A DNA stretch of 64,000 nucleotides from Zootoca vivipara (GCF_963506605.1 NC_083278.1:68572001-68636000); one strand, 5' to 3'. Positions 40,448 to 52,313 are shown, numbered from the stretch's first letter. The notes: generated by a model not told the origin, from the letters alone. Made by a program: numbers and translations.

Positions 40448-41440
40448 CCTACTAAGAGTCTTGGTGGATTTTAACAAACCAAATGCTAAACTCAATGAAA
40501 CAGATGCTTTATCTCAATTTCAGTTATTGCATTTTTAGTATTAGATTTACCAAAAAGAAAATTAAAAACCTATGGCATAAAAAAAAAACAGTGACGCATT
40601 TGGAAGGCAGAAGAAAATTCTACCACATCTTCGAATACAATGTGCACAATATGGGCAAAATCCACCAGAAGAATGCTCGGATGACAATCTGCACCTCTTA
40701 CGCAGGTAAACTTTCACAGAACAGGTATGCTCTTGGAAAGAATAATGCAAAGTTCTTAAACGCCTCTGCAAACTTCAAATGCTTAATTGAAGTCAAGCAG
40801 CCAAAGGCCTATGAAGATTTGGCTTTAAATGCTAAAGCACTGCCGCACTAGATATTTTAATGTGTGTGTGATGCTTACCTGTATGGATACAAACATGAGT
40901 GAGCAGCAGGGAGTCTGCTATTATAAGAAAGGAGGGCATAAAACATAAGCATCACAAAATCAAGAGGCAAATGAAGGCGCTCGACTCTCCCTTTATTAGA
41001 ACTAGAGAAAACAGATTGTGTTCATCTTGCTTGGGGCCAACAACCACATTGTGTGGAATTCAGCCAGTCTCTATCACAAGGCTCACTTAGGAGGTTTGCT
41101 ATGTTAAGGAATGAAGCAGATGGAATATTTTCTTCCAACAAGATAATTCTGGAGAAAACTGTTAGAAGTACTGGGGGAAAGTTTTTAGCTTAATCTGCTA
41201 TTTCAGGAGATTAAAACAGGGGGAGGGGGTAGCCAAGGAGAGAAAGAAGAGCCGAATAAAAACAATTTTGCAGAAACAGAAATATTCCAATGGAAAACAA
41301 ACATTTGAAGTGCTTGCTGCCAGCATTGTAAACTAGCTGATATAAATGCAGCTCCTACATTTTGCTTGGGACCTGGATCTACATAAGGAGGTCCACAGGT
41401 TTTCATACGGGGCAAATCAAGACTGTTAGAGGCCCTAACT

Positions 41441-41573
41441 CAGGCATAGGCAAACCCGGCCCTCCAGATGTTTTGGGACAACTCCCATGATCCCTAGCTA
41501 ACAGGACCAGTGGTCAGGGATGATGGGAATTGTAGTCCCAGAACATCTGGAGGGCCGGGTTTGCCTATGCCTG
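41441..41573. mobile_element. Palindromic hAT MITE
   Basis: About 50-bp inverted arms caggcataggcaaacccggccctccagatgtt.../aacatctggagggccgggtttgcctatgcctg; related copy at 54290-54417. Confidence 0.88.
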
Positions 41574-41654
41574 TCCTAAAGCACTGAAAAGTTATGCTGC
41601 CCTCCAATATGTAATGCAAAATAAAAACAATACTAAAAAATGCAGAATCTAGAA

Positions 41655-42069
41655 CAGGGGTCCCCAGACTTTCTGCGCGGCGGGCCGGTGCCCGCCGCGC
41701 CGACCGCACGGTGGGCCGGAGGGCAGGGGAGTGCGCGCGCAGCGGGCCGGAGGGCGGGGGAGTGCGCGCCTGTGCGCATGCGCATACGCACACGGGCGGG
41801 AAAAAAATCGCCAAAAATCGCTTGTGCGCATGCGTATGGGCCTCCCCCGACCCGGAAGTGCACCAGAAATGACCTCTTCCGGGTCGGGAGAGGCCCATAC
41901 GCATGCGCACAAAGGATTTTCGGCGATTTTTTGCCGATTTTTTAGATCGTCGCTGCGCCGCGCGCCGTGAGAGCGGGCGGCGGCAGCGGGCGGCGGGAGT
42001 CGTCGCGGGCCGGATTGGAAGGCCGATTGGGCCGCATCCGGCCCGGGGGCCGTAGTTTGGGGACCCCTG
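41655..42069. mobile_element. Young GC-rich hAT-Charlie MITE
   Basis: TIRs caggggtcccca/tggggacccctg; perfect TSD atctagaa (41647-41654, 42070-42077); intact CpGs; internal ~130-bp hairpin. Confidence 0.93.
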
Positions 42070-42564
42070 ATCTAGAAAGTACCTGCGCACATGCCCACAA
42101 TGGACCTCAGGTTTCCCTAACTGAAGGTTGGTGGGAATTGCTCAAGGGGAGGGAGCAACAACACACAGCCCAAAGATATCCCATCAAGCACTGCCCACTA
42201 GTGTAGATGAGAAATATTGGGATACGGCTGCAGAGACATACAATTGAGAGTGCTCACGTGTGAACACAGGTGATTCACATAAACAGTGACCCATGAACAA
42301 ACAAATTAAGACTGAAAAGGGCACAGCCCACACGTGTGTAGCTGGATATAATCATGCAATAATTGTTCATAATTTTAGAGAAACCGGTAAAACCCTAATT
42401 TCTTGTCAACATCAAGGAGAAAGACGGGGAAAAATAATAATCATGTGGATAAGCTCCAAATCAGGATTTTCAGAAAATTCCATTCCTAGCAGCAGCTCAT
42501 CTCCTGAAGAACACAGAGAGACAAGAATGTATACAATCCGTTCTGTGACAAACTTATCTCACGT

Positions 42565-42850
42565 CTGTGCCCCATTCAAGGTGCTACTGTTAACCTTTAA
42601 AGCTCCACAGTCTTGAGACAACATGCTTTATGGCCTGTCTTTCATTTTACAAACCCCTCACACCAGTTGCACTCATCAAATCAGCTCTGTTCCATATTAC
42701 TTCACTACATGAAATCATCAACAGCTAAGGAAAGAGTTTTTACAATCACTCTGAGGATCCTGAATGACCTCAGAGTGTGGTCAAATCTTGTTTGTCCTTG
42801 ATGACATTCTGGAGGAGTTACAAAACTCATCTATTTTCATCTAACCCTGG
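42565..42850 (+). mobile_element. Old L2 fragment
   Basis: ttcaaggtgctactgttaacctttaaagct = FKVLLLTFKA, an L2 ORF2 motif. Confidence 0.55.
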
Positions 42851-42891
42851 AGAGCTGGATATGATAACCGTGTGATATAGTTTTCATTTGA

Positions 42892-42894
<3 letters not shown>

Positions 42895-42934
<40 letters not shown>
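42895..42934. repeat. (GT)n microsatellite
   Basis: Direct reading. Confidence 0.95.
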
Positions 42935-42935
<1 letters not shown>

Positions 42936-44599
42936 GTGGTTCAAATGGAATTATTAATGTACAGTATTTTTATATTCTATGTGTTTTAAGTACTGGGTCT
43001 GGATTTCTTTTTTAAAATTCTAACCCATTTTTGGTTCAGGAAAACTGATATGTCATGATTTAGTATAAAAAGAGAGAGAGAGACTGGGATTGTGTCTGCA
43101 CAGAAGGAAACTTTGACCTTTTGACTACATTTTGCACCTGTGTAGAAGAGCAGAATTCTAAATATAAATAATAGCACTTATTTGGAATTCTGCTCATCTG
43201 ATAATCAAACATCCAGAGTAAATATTTCATAATGACCAAACAGTTCTGTTTTTTAATGCTAGGTTAACACAAAGAACATCAGTTGTTACAGTTAAACATT
43301 AAGATATATACAAGAGTTTTGCATCAATGCAAAGCCAGGTAGCACTTTTTAGTTTTTTGTTTTAGTACCACCAAATCTTGTTTAATGCGGAACTTCAAAT
43401 ATTCACTGCCTTAGCAGCACTTAAAATTTAGATTGCAATATCAACAAAATTGCCCAACAAAAGCTACTGCCAATCCAAATAATGGATGCTTGCAATGATC
43501 ATGATGTTCATGTCACAAGGCTTTAGTTAGAATAGCTTATCAAAAATTCCAGATTGAACAGCAGGGAGAGGATGAAGTTTAAGAGCATGAGCAGCTACGT
43601 AGTTGAAAGTAGTGCAAATCTCAAGTTAGTCACCAACTCACTAGTTAGCCTTAGGCAAGGGCAAGGCACCAGATCTCAACCTCAGCACCATTCTGCAATC
43701 CTATGCACGTGTAATTGGAGAAAAACCCCACTGAGCACTGTGGGACTTACTGTGCTGCTTAAAAAAAAAAAACAACTTAATGAAACCAGCAACATCACTT
43801 AAAAAACAACAACACTCTGGGGATCAGACAGGAGGGATGACAAAAGGAAAGGCACTGAGCAGAGTTCCGGAACCAAGGCAACACCGCGAATGCATATATG
43901 TCAGTCTCACCTTAAAAAGTGGTGGGGTACAAGGCAAAACCTCCCCAGAAGATCCTAACATTAAATGCTGATTATCAGTTTGACACAATGGTAAAAGGAT
44001 GAATTAATAGCACATAACTGAAGAGGGTCAACATAGGTGAAAAGGCCTTAAGAGAGCTTGAAAAAGAAATATACTTGAACAAGCAAAAAAGAAAGAAGCA
44101 GAGAGAAAAAGAAAGCCCACTAAAATTCACATTATGTAAATACTAATCAGTTTTGTCCTGCTGTCATTTCTTTTTCATTGAGGGGAGGGGGTGAAAAACA
44201 ACCTGAAAGATCAATGAGGATTAGATCAATGAAAATCAGATTTTTAACATTAAGTTTCAGTAATCTGGTTACGAAGCTTTTAGTGATATTGTAATTATTC
44301 TGAAGTCTCGAACAGATGTTTCTACTGAATGTATTCCACAGAGGATACCAGATCAGCAAAGGCAAGAAACGCAAACCAAAATTATTTCAGTTTATTAGAA
44401 AATTAAGACTGAAAAAGGAACCCAGCAGGGCAGTACAAACATAAAGCTGATGATCAGGAGCAGCGTGTAGGATATAAACACACTGTCCCCAAAGATCTTA
44501 ACCAGCTTCTGCAGTCAGAAGGAATCCTGGAGAGAGGCTGGTGTCCATGTACGTCTGAACCATGGTTATGGGCAACACAGAAAGAACAAGGGGAAACCA

Positions 44600-44775
44600 C
44601 ACTTTTAGTTATTTATCTTTTCCTCCACAGAAGTCAAGGTAGTGTATGTGGTTCTCCCCTCCCCATAAAATCCTCACAACAACCCTGTGAGGTAGGTTAG
44701 GCTGAGAGGCACTGACTGCTCCAAGGTCACCCAGAGAGCTATGGCTGATTGGGGATTAAACCCTGGTCTCCCATG
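44600..44775 (-). mobile_element. MIR-like/CORE-type SINE
   Basis: atcctcacaacaaccctgtgaggtagg...ccaaggtcacccag...ggggattaaaccctggtctcc. Confidence 0.75.
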
Positions 44776-44948
44776 CCATCTCTCTCTACCCTACAGAGGG
44801 AGATGGAGGGGTTGGGAGAGGGCCCATGCAAGCCTGTAGCTTGCTTCAAAACTAGTAATTTTTCCTCTTCTGCAAACACAGAAAATAAGGTTTCCATGCA
44901 TGAGACCCTTCACTAGATTTGGTGCGCATGCATTATGTTCCTTACTGG

Positions 44949-45084
44949 AAGTGCTTTTTTTCAGCCGGAACTCACAGGAATTTAGTTTCAGCACCTCTCA
45001 GGTGGACACCATTGCCGTTAAAAGAGAACAAGGGAGGCGTTCGTGATGAGTTCTGGAACCTCTTTATCTTGAAAAACAGCACTG
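44949..45084. mobile_element. hAT MITE (family of 2090-2225)
   Basis: Perfect 8-bp TSD cttactgg; body is reverse-complement similar to 2090-2225. Confidence 0.85.
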
Positions 45085-45565
45085 CTTACTGGTTTGGAAC
45101 ATTTAATGCCCTGCAAAAGTTAGTCTTGGTAGTGCGCTGCATCTGTTTCGGATGAAGAAGACTGAATTGATTCAAACTCCTCAGCATCTCTCTCCTTCTG
45201 ACCGAAAGGCAGCACATGAGATTCTGCAATTTAGTACACGCTGTACTCGCCATAGCGTTTTCAGAATGCAAGCAACGGATCAATTAAGCTGAATCACTTT
45301 CTTCCATGCAACTGCACACAAAATGCTTTGCATTTAATCATCAAAGGACTCTCCACACAGAAAATGTGTAAGGCAGAGGTTCATCGCATGGGGCGGGGCT
45401 GCGCTGCAATGTCAGTCTTCTAGGCGAACTAAGTAGTTCTCAAACTGTGGTCTGTGAGATCCATTCAGGTGGTCTATGGAAAGGTCACAGAACAGTCAAT
45501 AATATACTGTACTGTATATACAGTACTTGGTGCTGCACCTTCTGCTGATGACAGAAATTGTGGTC

Positions 45566-46098
45566 ATTCTCCTGGTATGCCCCGCGGAGGACCTTAAGGT
45601 CCACAAACAATAATATTCTGGAGATCCCGAGTCATAAGATGGCTAGATTGGCCTCTACTAGAGCCAGGGCCTTTTCAGTACTGGCCCCAACCTGGTGGAA
45701 CGCTCTTTCCCAGGAGACCAGGGCCCTGCGAGATTTGTCATCTTTCCGCAGGGCCTGCAAGACAGAGCTGTTCCGCCTGGCCTTTGGGTTAGACTCAGCC
45801 TGACCCCTGTGTTTTTCTCCCTCATGGCTTGGATTTATGGCCTACTTGAAATGAGGCTGCACTTTAAATTTTAATACTGTATTTTAATCTGTATTTTAAC
45901 TAATTGTTTTTATGTTTTATTGTGGTTCTGTTGGTGTCAGCCACTTATGGCCTACTTGAAATGAGGCTGCACTTTAAATTTTAATACTGTATTTTAATCT
46001 GTATTTTAATTAATTGTTTTTATGTTTTATTGTGGTTCTGTTGGTGTCAGCCGCCCTGAGCCCGGTTTTTGACTGGGGAGGGCGGGGTATAAATAAAA

Positions 46099-46147
<49 letters not shown>
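45566..46147 (+). mobile_element. Young L2 LINE 3' end with 108-bp tandem duplication and (TTA)n tail
   Basis: YAPRRTLRS...RAFSVLAPTWWNAL...FRRACKTELFRLAF; duplicated units 45835-45942 and 45945-46052; (TTA)n at 46101-46147. Confidence 0.9.
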
Positions 46148-47242
46148 TTACCAGGATTATTGAATAGGTTAAAAGGGCCCCAACCTAGGGCACAAGATTT
46201 TCATTGCAAGGCTCTTGTCATGTTTATGGTTTTTTGTCCCTTAAAATGCATCAGTTAAAGGGGCTCTTCTCAGTGGCATGGTTTACACACCATAATTTTC
46301 ATGATATGGTGCTGTTTCTCACAGTGGTGAAGTTTTTTGTTGTTGCTTTTCCATCTTTAAGCCAGAAACAAAGCATGTGTGTTATCTAAACTGGTATCAA
46401 TCACACTGCTGCATTGCATATGTAGTTTAACTTGATTAATTTTATCAGCTGTGCAAGTGGAGTTTTAACATGATACGTTGTATCAGCTAGCCTGTGTTTA
46501 TGGTTCACATTGGAATCAATTCAGCAAAACTATATGTATTGCTTTTATTAGTCATAGTTTTGTCTGCTGTGTACTCTTTTGAGTTTAATTTGGTAGAGTT
46601 TCCATACCATGGAATATTTTTCTACCAGCACTTGTGTTTGGAAAGTTCTGGGCACTTACCATGTAATCCTATTCTTCTGAGTAAACATCTAGGTCTCTTG
46701 CTACCCAGGGAGACTTGCTCTCGGGTATGTGTGTATAAGATTGCAGCGTTCAGTTTTCAAATAACTAATATTCCTTAGTGTCCTTAAGCATGTATAGTCT
46801 ACTTTCTGTAGTGCAAAAGGCAACCAGTATCCATGAACAGAGGTTTTGGATTATTCTCCTAGGTAGTATAAAGCTATATATAAAAGCTATATTCAGTTGT
46901 GAACATGCACCACTTAATTTTCATAGCAACCAATTAGTATGCATGAATGTTCAGGAAATATATGCATTAGAACCTCGGAAATTTGATTTAAATTGACTAT
47001 TTAGATCAATCCACCCTGCACATAACAGCTACTGATAGAGTTAGAGGCCTGATAAAATATTCTTTGCAGGTAGTATTTCTCCACTGCTGTCCAGAAAGGA
47101 AGTAGTACTTCTACCTTGGATAACAATAACTGTCAAGCAAAACAAGGTGCAGCAGACTGGCACACGATATTTCAACAAATGTATGCTTTATCAAGGACTA
47201 TAGAATTTTCCTCAGTATTCCACATTATTTACTGAAGAACAG

Positions 47243-47244
<2 letters not shown>

Positions 47245-47285
<41 letters not shown>
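47245..47285. repeat. (AC)n microsatellite
   Basis: Direct reading. Confidence 0.95.
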
Positions 47286-47286
<1 letters not shown>

Positions 47287-48276
47287 CTTTTTACTGAAAG
47301 CCAGACTTTCCACAAATTCCCTCTGGAATGCAAGACAGTAGCAAGAAGTAAAATGAAGGGAGCTATTACAAATACTTCACTTAGTATTTTCAGTGACTGA
47401 AAAGAAAAAAAGAAAAGAGGGAAAAAATCTACACAGACTAAACCACCAAACTTAACTTTTAAAAGCTTTTTGGATATTCAGACCAAGGATGCACAATCTC
47501 TTGGGGATATAAAAAAACACATCATTCAGAAGTAAACGAGTTTCACTACGCAACCCTCACAGCTTTTCTGAACATTTCACAGACATTCCAGTCCACTTGT
47601 GAACACCTAAATCCATGAATCAACCAACCACAAAATGCATCTCAAAATATACAGATCAATTAAAATGTATCAAAGAGCATTTTAAAAAACATGGCTGAAA
47701 AAACATAAATATGTATCTGTTCATTTTTGGATAAATTACCATAAATTACTAATTACCAGTATATAAAATCCCAAATAACTGAAGTGGAACCTGTAAAGAT
47801 TACTATGTTGAGGTGCATAAAGATCCTTGGGATAAATAAAATAAGAGGCTTATGGGAATGATCTCCTTCTTCCTTCCATTAGAATATGGTTACATCACTG
47901 GTGTGGTCTGGACCACAATATAACCGCAAACTATATTGTGTTTAAGTCTGCTTTTTTCATTGGTTTAGGCATGTCTAAGGCTGCAACCCCATGCACGCTG
48001 TTCTAAGAATAAACCTCACTCAACACGATTGGGGTTAATTTCCAAGTAATCGTATACTGGATTGTGCTGTCTCTGTTGGATGGTGGAAAATTGGTTTAAG
48101 CCTTGCTTCCTTTTCTTCCATGGTCTTGCAAACTAGAAAAAGTTTAGTGAAATTGGTAACTCAGGCCCGATAGCTATGAATCATAGCAGGAATGATTTGT
48201 GACAGATCACATGTTGGCAGAAACTTCTATTGTGAGCAGAACCGTCTTTTCCATTGGTGTTAGTGGTTTGTTGCAC

Positions 48277-48771
48277 CAGGGCGTCGGCCTCTCAGGGGCG
48301 CGCAAGCGAGTGGGGGAGTTGCACGGCTTTGCCAGCAGCCTCCCCTTTCCCTGAATGCCCGCCAGCTGCGCCCCACCAACTATATGGCTGGCGGGCGTGC
48401 AGCTTCCTTCCCAAGCCTCTACAGGAGGAGAGCGATCCCCGCAGAGGCTTAGGGTGAAGCTGCACACAGCTTCCCTCCCAAGCCTCTGCATCTGCTAAAG
48501 ACGGCCATGCTCCCGGTCGTTGTCCTCCTCCTGTTTCCTGGCGAAAGGCGGCGCACAGCGTTCCCGGGCTGCTGTCTCGGGTGGCCAACGCCAGAGAGCA
48601 TGTCTGCCAGCATGTTTTCCTGCTTGATCGCCTCCACCACGCCGGGGATCGGGGCTGTGGGGGAAGCAGAGGACATTTTCCACTGCCCCCTCCCTTGTTT
48701 TGGAGTTGCTGGGGGGATGATGCCAGAGGGATCTTTGCACCACGGCGCCAGATATGCTTAAGACAGCCCTG
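48277..48771. mobile_element. GC-rich hAT-type non-autonomous element, left end uncertain
   Basis: Right terminus gcttaagacagccctg is hAT-like; CpG-rich body with repeated gcttcc(t/c)tcccaagcctct. Confidence 0.55.
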
Positions 48772-49000
48772 AGTCCAGCTGTTTTGATTAATATGAGCGG
48801 GCCCAAGTGGTCAGGGGTGTGACCAAAAGAAGAGGAACATTTCTGATAACTGGGGCTCTCTCTCCAGCTTCTGAAATGCAATGCACATCAGAGTTGGGAA
48901 GGTGATAACCCACCAGCTAAGGGGAAGAGAAGAAAAATGGCCTGAGCCTGATTTTGCATTTGTAAGTTGGGAAGAAGCAGAGTGTGAATATATTTCACTA

Positions 49001-49343
49001 GGTAAAGGTAAAGGACCCCTGACAGTTAAGTCCAGACACGGACAACTCTGGGGTTGCGGCATTCATCTCGCTTTACTGGCTGAGGGAGCCGACGTTTGAT
49101 CAGAGTTTTTCCAGGTCATGTGGCCACATGAATAAGCCACTTCTGGCGAAACTAGAGCAGCGCATGGAAACGCCGTTTACCTTCTCGCCAGAATTTATCT
49201 ACTTGCTATTTATCTACTTGCACTCTGACATGCTTTCAAACTGCTAGGTTGGCAGGAGCTGGGACCAAACCACAGAAGCTCACCACATCGCGGGGATTCG
49301 AACCACCAACCTTCTGATCGGCAAGCCCAAGGCTCAGTGGTTT
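49001..49343 (-). mobile_element. Sauria (Squam1) SINE
   Basis: ggtaaaggtaaaggacccctgacag...ggggattcgaaccacc...; target sequence tttcactag recurs at both flanks. Confidence 0.9.
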
Positions 49344-50912
49344 ACTAGAGTAGTTTCACTAGAGTGAAACTTCCACTAGAGTGGTTTCACTAGAGTTAGC
49401 TATAATTGTGCTGTGGGCAGTCCCATCCAGGTAGCTAAAACAATGGTTCTATAGGAACCTGAAGCAGGACCAACAGCTCGGCTAGCTGTTGCAGAAGCCT
49501 ATTTGCTTCCATTGTGTATATTTGTAAATAAAATGTGTCTCAGTACTTTCTCATCCAAAGCAAACTAAATCCCCCAGTCCAGCATTGCTAATGGACTTCT
49601 TACCAATGATTTGGAGAACACTGTTTATGTGCCAGCTAGTCATCATAGAAAAAACTGTTTAGAAACTGCTGCCTGCTTTTGCTTTTGTTCTTACTTCCCT
49701 GTTCCTTGTCCCTTGTATGTTGTGTTTTGTTAAGATTGTAAGCCTACGGATAGGGATTTGTCTTATTTGATTGTATATAAGCCACTCTTTTTTGGTTGAA
49801 GAGTGGGGTGCAAATGCTCTAAAATAATACTAAATAAAAAAGAGTCCCCTTTGCTTAATGGGAAATTTTAATTCATCAAAACAGATGTTTCAGAATAGTT
49901 CTTTTGTTTAGGTTTGCCCAATGACCTCCACCAACATGAATGATCTGAGTTCACAGGGCCCAAGCCACAGGTGAGTGAGAGGATGAGGTGGCTGGCTGCT
50001 CCTTAACTTATGTTGTACCACCAAGGATACAAGTGAGTGGCTTTCTTCTGCCTATGCCAAGAGGGGATAAGCTGCAGAACAGAGAAGCAGACAGCACTTT
50101 CTCTAGCTTGCCTGAGCTCAAGAACCAGGGCAGTGGGACAGGGCAACAGTGCCCAGTCTCTGCTACAGGGCAGCAGGAGCTAGAAATAAGGTTAAAAAAA
50201 AAAGTTCCAGGAGGAAGAAATAGCTGTTTACTGATTGCTCACCTCTCCTTGCCAGCAACAGCTGCTACGGTAGTTTGGCTGCTGCTGCTTTCAAAAATAA
50301 GTGTCACAGTGAAAACTTCTCCCAAAGGGGTGCTTAACCTAACCTGGTATTTTGGCTCTCACCCTGGGGGTGGCCGAGTGTGCAGTACTGAGCAAAGTAG
50401 CATGCAGATGGAGGAGGCAGTGAGCTTTGGGTGTTACACAAGAGTAGACTACTCTTTTTAGGAGCACGGTGTCCCTACCCCCCCCCCCGCCCCAATCTCT
50501 AACTAAGGCATTTCTGTTATAGGAACAGCATTACTGTTTGGATCAGAAGCCTGTTAACTACCTAAGAGCTTGGTTGACTATAGTGAAAGATACGTTCGTT
50601 TTTATTTGTTAAGTGGGTTGGAATGCAAAAAAGGGGGGCATACATGTGTATGTATATGGGCGTGGAGAGAGTAAGTAAAATGTTCAGCGGGTATTTTGGC
50701 AGTGTACTACGAGCTACATAGAATTTATATAAACAGGAGCTCACAGGCTGCGGTGTCACGTGGGTGTATTTCTGTGTTCATACATAGGGATTAGGATATT
50801 CAGCAAAACTGCACTGTTCCTGAAAAACCACGAAGACCCTTCACCCGCCCACCATTTCCCCGTTGTGCCGGGAGGGGATCAAAGGGGGACGCTGCATCCG
50901 GGTCCCACTCAC

Positions 50913-50919
50913 CTATCAT
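50913..50919 (-). CDS. PRKN: Parkin (E3 ubiquitin ligase) coding exon 1, 7 coding nt (Met-Ile-first base of Val)
   Basis: Plus strand actcac-ctatcat reads ATG ATA G|GTGAGT on the minus strand: the 7-nt first coding exon typical of parkin followed by a consensus donor. It lies in a CpG island, has a purine at -3, and is head-to-head with PACRG as in the known vertebrate arrangement. Confidence 0.9.
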
Positions 50920-51064
50920 AGCCAGCGGAGGGGGGGCGCTCACACAGCCTGCCCTGTCCACCTTCACAGCAATGCCAACCTTCAGGATACAACGCTCCCT
51001 GCAGGCCGCCGGAGCTTCAACCCGAATACTGCGCAGGCGAGGTTGAGGCGCTTCTTGCAGCAGT

Positions 51065-51083
51065 GCACTCTGGGAAACGTAGT
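51065..51083 (-). promoter_or_regulatory. ZNF143 (Staf)/THAP11 motif
   Basis: Minus strand ACTACGTTTCCCAGAGTGC matches ACTAYRnnnCCCR and the extended ACTACAnTTCCCAGnATGC consensus, about 150 bp upstream of the PRKN ATG. Confidence 0.75.
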
Positions 51084-51894
51084 CTCCTTTCCTTGCTCAC
51101 TTCCCCGGCTTCGCCCTGCTAATGTATGGGTGGCTGTCTATAAATAGCACGTAAGAGGACGTCGCTACAGCAATAATACACAGCACAAGCAAATATAGGT
51201 ATCTGCCTCCCGCCGCCGCCTTGTTGTGTTCAATACTAGGAGACAGGAATAAAAGCGACGCCTGAGTCCCGCTGCAGGCATCCAGGACCTCGGTGATCTA
51301 AAGGGCGGGTGGAATAATTTGCCCTCAACCTTTGTGAGGCGAGTGGGCGCGCTGAGCACGGCATTCCTCTACTGCTTCGTTCACAGGCATATCCTATGAC
51401 CTTTTTGCTTTTGCTTATCACGCTTTCACTAGCTTTAGGAGGTGGAGAGAGAGATAGGATGCGTATTTGGAGGTGCAGCACATCCATATAGCAATTTTTA
51501 CGCAGGTGTAAGTCCCGCTGGGTTCCATGACTCCCAAGAAATGTGTCAAAGGTGAATCAAGTGTGAATTGAAGTGTTGGAAAAGTAACAATAACGAAGTG
51601 TGAGTTTAAAACACTTCCCAGGATATTTAAGCTGCAATCCTATACCTGGAAGTAAGCCCATTGAATTCTGAATAGACATGTGTATTTATTACTATTATTG
51701 ATTTATTATCCACTTTCTAAACCACAGTCCCAAGGATATTTACATACTGGATAATTAAAATGAGTTAAAACACGAAAACAGCAAAGATATGGCTTGACTA
51801 CGGCAAATGCAGCACAAACCTGCTACATATCTATTCAGAAGTAATTGTCAATGAATTCTATGATGCTCACTCCCTTTGGCTAACTAAACAATCT

Positions 51895-52026
51895 ATGGAC
51901 TTTTAAACTGTATGGAGTGGTATTGTTTTTGTTTGTTAGAATGCTATGTATTGTTTTTATACTCAAACCGCTCTGCCATCCTTGGATGAAAGGCAGTATA
52001 GAAATGTAAATAAATAACTAAATAAA
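51895..52026 (+). mobile_element. 3' tail of L2-type element
   Basis: tgtattgtttttatact...aaaccgctctgccatccttggatgaaaggcagtatagaaatgtaaataaataa; mirrors 322-412. Confidence 0.55.
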
Positions 52027-52265
52027 TGTACATAACCTAAGGTTGCAATCAACCCCATTTCTCTGAGAAGAAGACCTATGAAATTAAATGACACTTCTGA
52101 GTAATATTGCAGCCAAGTTACCAAATGAAATAATGTTTAGTTTTATCAAGTGTGTTCAGAGCACAAGTTACCAAAAATTATGGGAACTTTATAAAAAAAT
52201 TTAACATCATTGTACTAAAATCTAATATGATATGCCAGTCAAACAAAAGCAGTAAAACATGCATA

Positions 52266-52270
52266 ATGTG

Positions 52271-52303
<33 letters not shown>

Positions 52304-52313
52304 ACACACATAT
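52266..52313. repeat. Alternating purine-pyrimidine tract, (TG)n then (CA)n
   Basis: atgtgcatg(tg)n tacacacacatat is uninterrupted RY alternation. Confidence 0.9.

Larger units (their letters stand above)
1..50912 (-). other. PRKN: PRKN intron 1 (partial, >50.9 kb)
   Basis: Starts at the GTGAGT donor (50912-50907). No sequence encoding the ubiquitin-like exon 2 (VFVRFNSSHGFPVE...) was recognised to the left; content is repeats and AT-rich DNA. Confidence 0.8.
50740..51420. promoter_or_regulatory. CpG island / PRKN promoter and 5' UTR
   Basis: GC- and CpG-rich block around the PRKN ATG, with NRF1-like tgcgcaggcg (51030-51039), ZNF143/THAP11 motif (51065-51083), ctataaatag (51138-51147) and GC box gggcgg (~51303). 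Confidence 0.8.

Noticed and set aside
41494-42206. Cluster of overlapping Arg/Ala/Pro-rich ORFs
   Set aside because: Stop-poor GC-rich MITE with TSDs; no protein similarity recognised.
48207-48881. CpG-rich block with several ORFs, possible third promoter or gene
   Set aside because: Has a hAT-like terminus and internal repeats; no recognisable peptide or splice structure.
49988-50461. 157-aa ORF near the PRKN promoter
   Set aside because: Non-ATG start, no recognisable domain, antisense within intron 1.
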